Assembly: GCA_040389905.1 (NCBI GenBank)
Contig: JAZJZK010000009.1
Location: 32,001-96,000 of the forward strand
Reading direction: 5' to 3'
Length of the DNA stretch: 64,000 nucleotides
DNA from: Gemmatimonadota bacterium
Lineage (GTDB): Bacteria; Gemmatimonadota; Gemmatimonadetes; Gemmatimonadales; Gemmatimonadaceae
A program made the position numbers and the translations under genes. Shown one piece after another: positions 63,274-64,000 of the stretch. Below the pieces are notes generated by a model that saw only the letters and a list, made by a program, of their open reading frames with translations, was not told the origin of the DNA and ran no database searches. The stretch's first letter is position 1, and each line of letters starts with the position of its first letter.

Positions 63274-64000
63274 ACGATGATGCGGTCGTGATGCGTGTAG
63301 ACCGTAACGCGCGAGTCTCGCGCAAATCCCGCGAGGGTCATACCCGCATCATGCGCCATGCGGATGGCCAGTCCGGTCGGCGCAGATACCGTTGCGAGTA
63401 GCGGCACGCCGAGGACTGCTGCCTTCTGCACCAATTCGAAGCTGCCTCGGCTGGTCAAAACGACGAACCCTTCGTCTGCCCGGACCGGCGCGCGCGCGAG
63501 CGCACCGACGAGTTTGTCGAGCGCATTGTGTCGCCCGACGTCCTCGCGCACAAAGGCAACGGCGCCATCCGCGCTTGCCCAGCCCGCCGCATGCACGGCA
63601 CCGGTGGCCTGATTCAGCGGCTGTCGTGTCGCCAGCTCGCGCATGGCTCTCGCGATCGCGGCGGCGGAGAACGACGCGGGCCGATCGATTCGCGGGAGTG
63701 CGCGCAGCACGTCTTCGACATCCTGCTTGCCGCAAATACCGCATCCCGTTCTGCCAGACAGTCGTCGCCGTCCCGGCGCGGTCGCGAGGGGCACCGCCGT
63801 TTCGATCTGGAGTTCAACGCCGCGGCTATAGCGCACCACGGTGATCGACGACAATGCGTCGGCAGAGTCGACCACGCCTTCGGTCAGCGAGAAGCCCACC
63901 GCGAAGTCCTCGAGATCATCTGGCGTCGCCATCATCACTGCGTGCGACACTCCGTTATACGCCAGTGAAATGGGCGTCTCCTCGGCGACCGTCTCGGCGC
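63270..64000 (-). CDS. fdhD: Formate dehydrogenase accessory sulfurtransferase FdhD (5' partial)
   Basis: AEETP, MMATP.DLEDFAVGF, GRTGCGICG, TGAVHAA, EDVGRHNALDK, TSR, SAPT; frame open to the window end. Confidence 0.93.
   Translation of the reverse strand, partial: AETVAEETPISLAYNGVSHAVMMATPDDLEDFAVGFSLTEGVVDSADALSSITVVRYSRGVELQIETAVPLATAPGRRRLSGRTGCGICGKQDVEDVLRALPRIDRPASFSAAAIARAMRELATRQPLNQATGAVHAAGWASADGAVAFVREDVGRHNALDKLVGALARAPVRADEGFVVLTSRGSFELVQKAAVLGVPLLATVSAPTGLAIRMAHDAGMTLAGFARDSRVTVYTHHDRIIV

Overview
A GC-rich bacterial chromosomal segment; protein style suggests Gemmatimonadota (inference, no search run). It holds about 55 coding regions: a dense signalling block (KaiC-like ATPase with C-terminal HTH, several PAS/GAF/HAMP histidine kinases, a response regulator), pilB-pilT-pilC, two PIN-type toxin-antitoxin pairs with visible operators, nirK plus an FGE/NirV-like gene, and a B12-dependent CarH/LitR regulator with 11-bp operator repeats facing a fasciclin gene. 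Further along are a 909-aa orphan helical-repeat protein, a DUF3494 ice-binding lipoprotein with 8 Ig-like repeats next to an OmpA protein, and a plug-only TonB lipoprotein next to an apparent sigma-region-2/FecR fusion. The last third carries an ECF sigma/anti-sigma unit divergent from YHYH-MORN-SCO, TetR-P450, and fdhD (partial). No rRNA, tRNA, CRISPR array, transposase or reverse transcriptase was seen. The most unusual signal is non-coding. A four-helix-bundle gene is enclosed by ~73-bp inverted arms built from 7-mer units. There are also gene-less inverted-arm elements built from 9-10-mer units (two ~230-bp copies plus a shorter relative sharing a terminal 12-mer) and four GTCAT-type REP-like palindromes. 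All calls are by eye from motifs; alignment counts are by hand.
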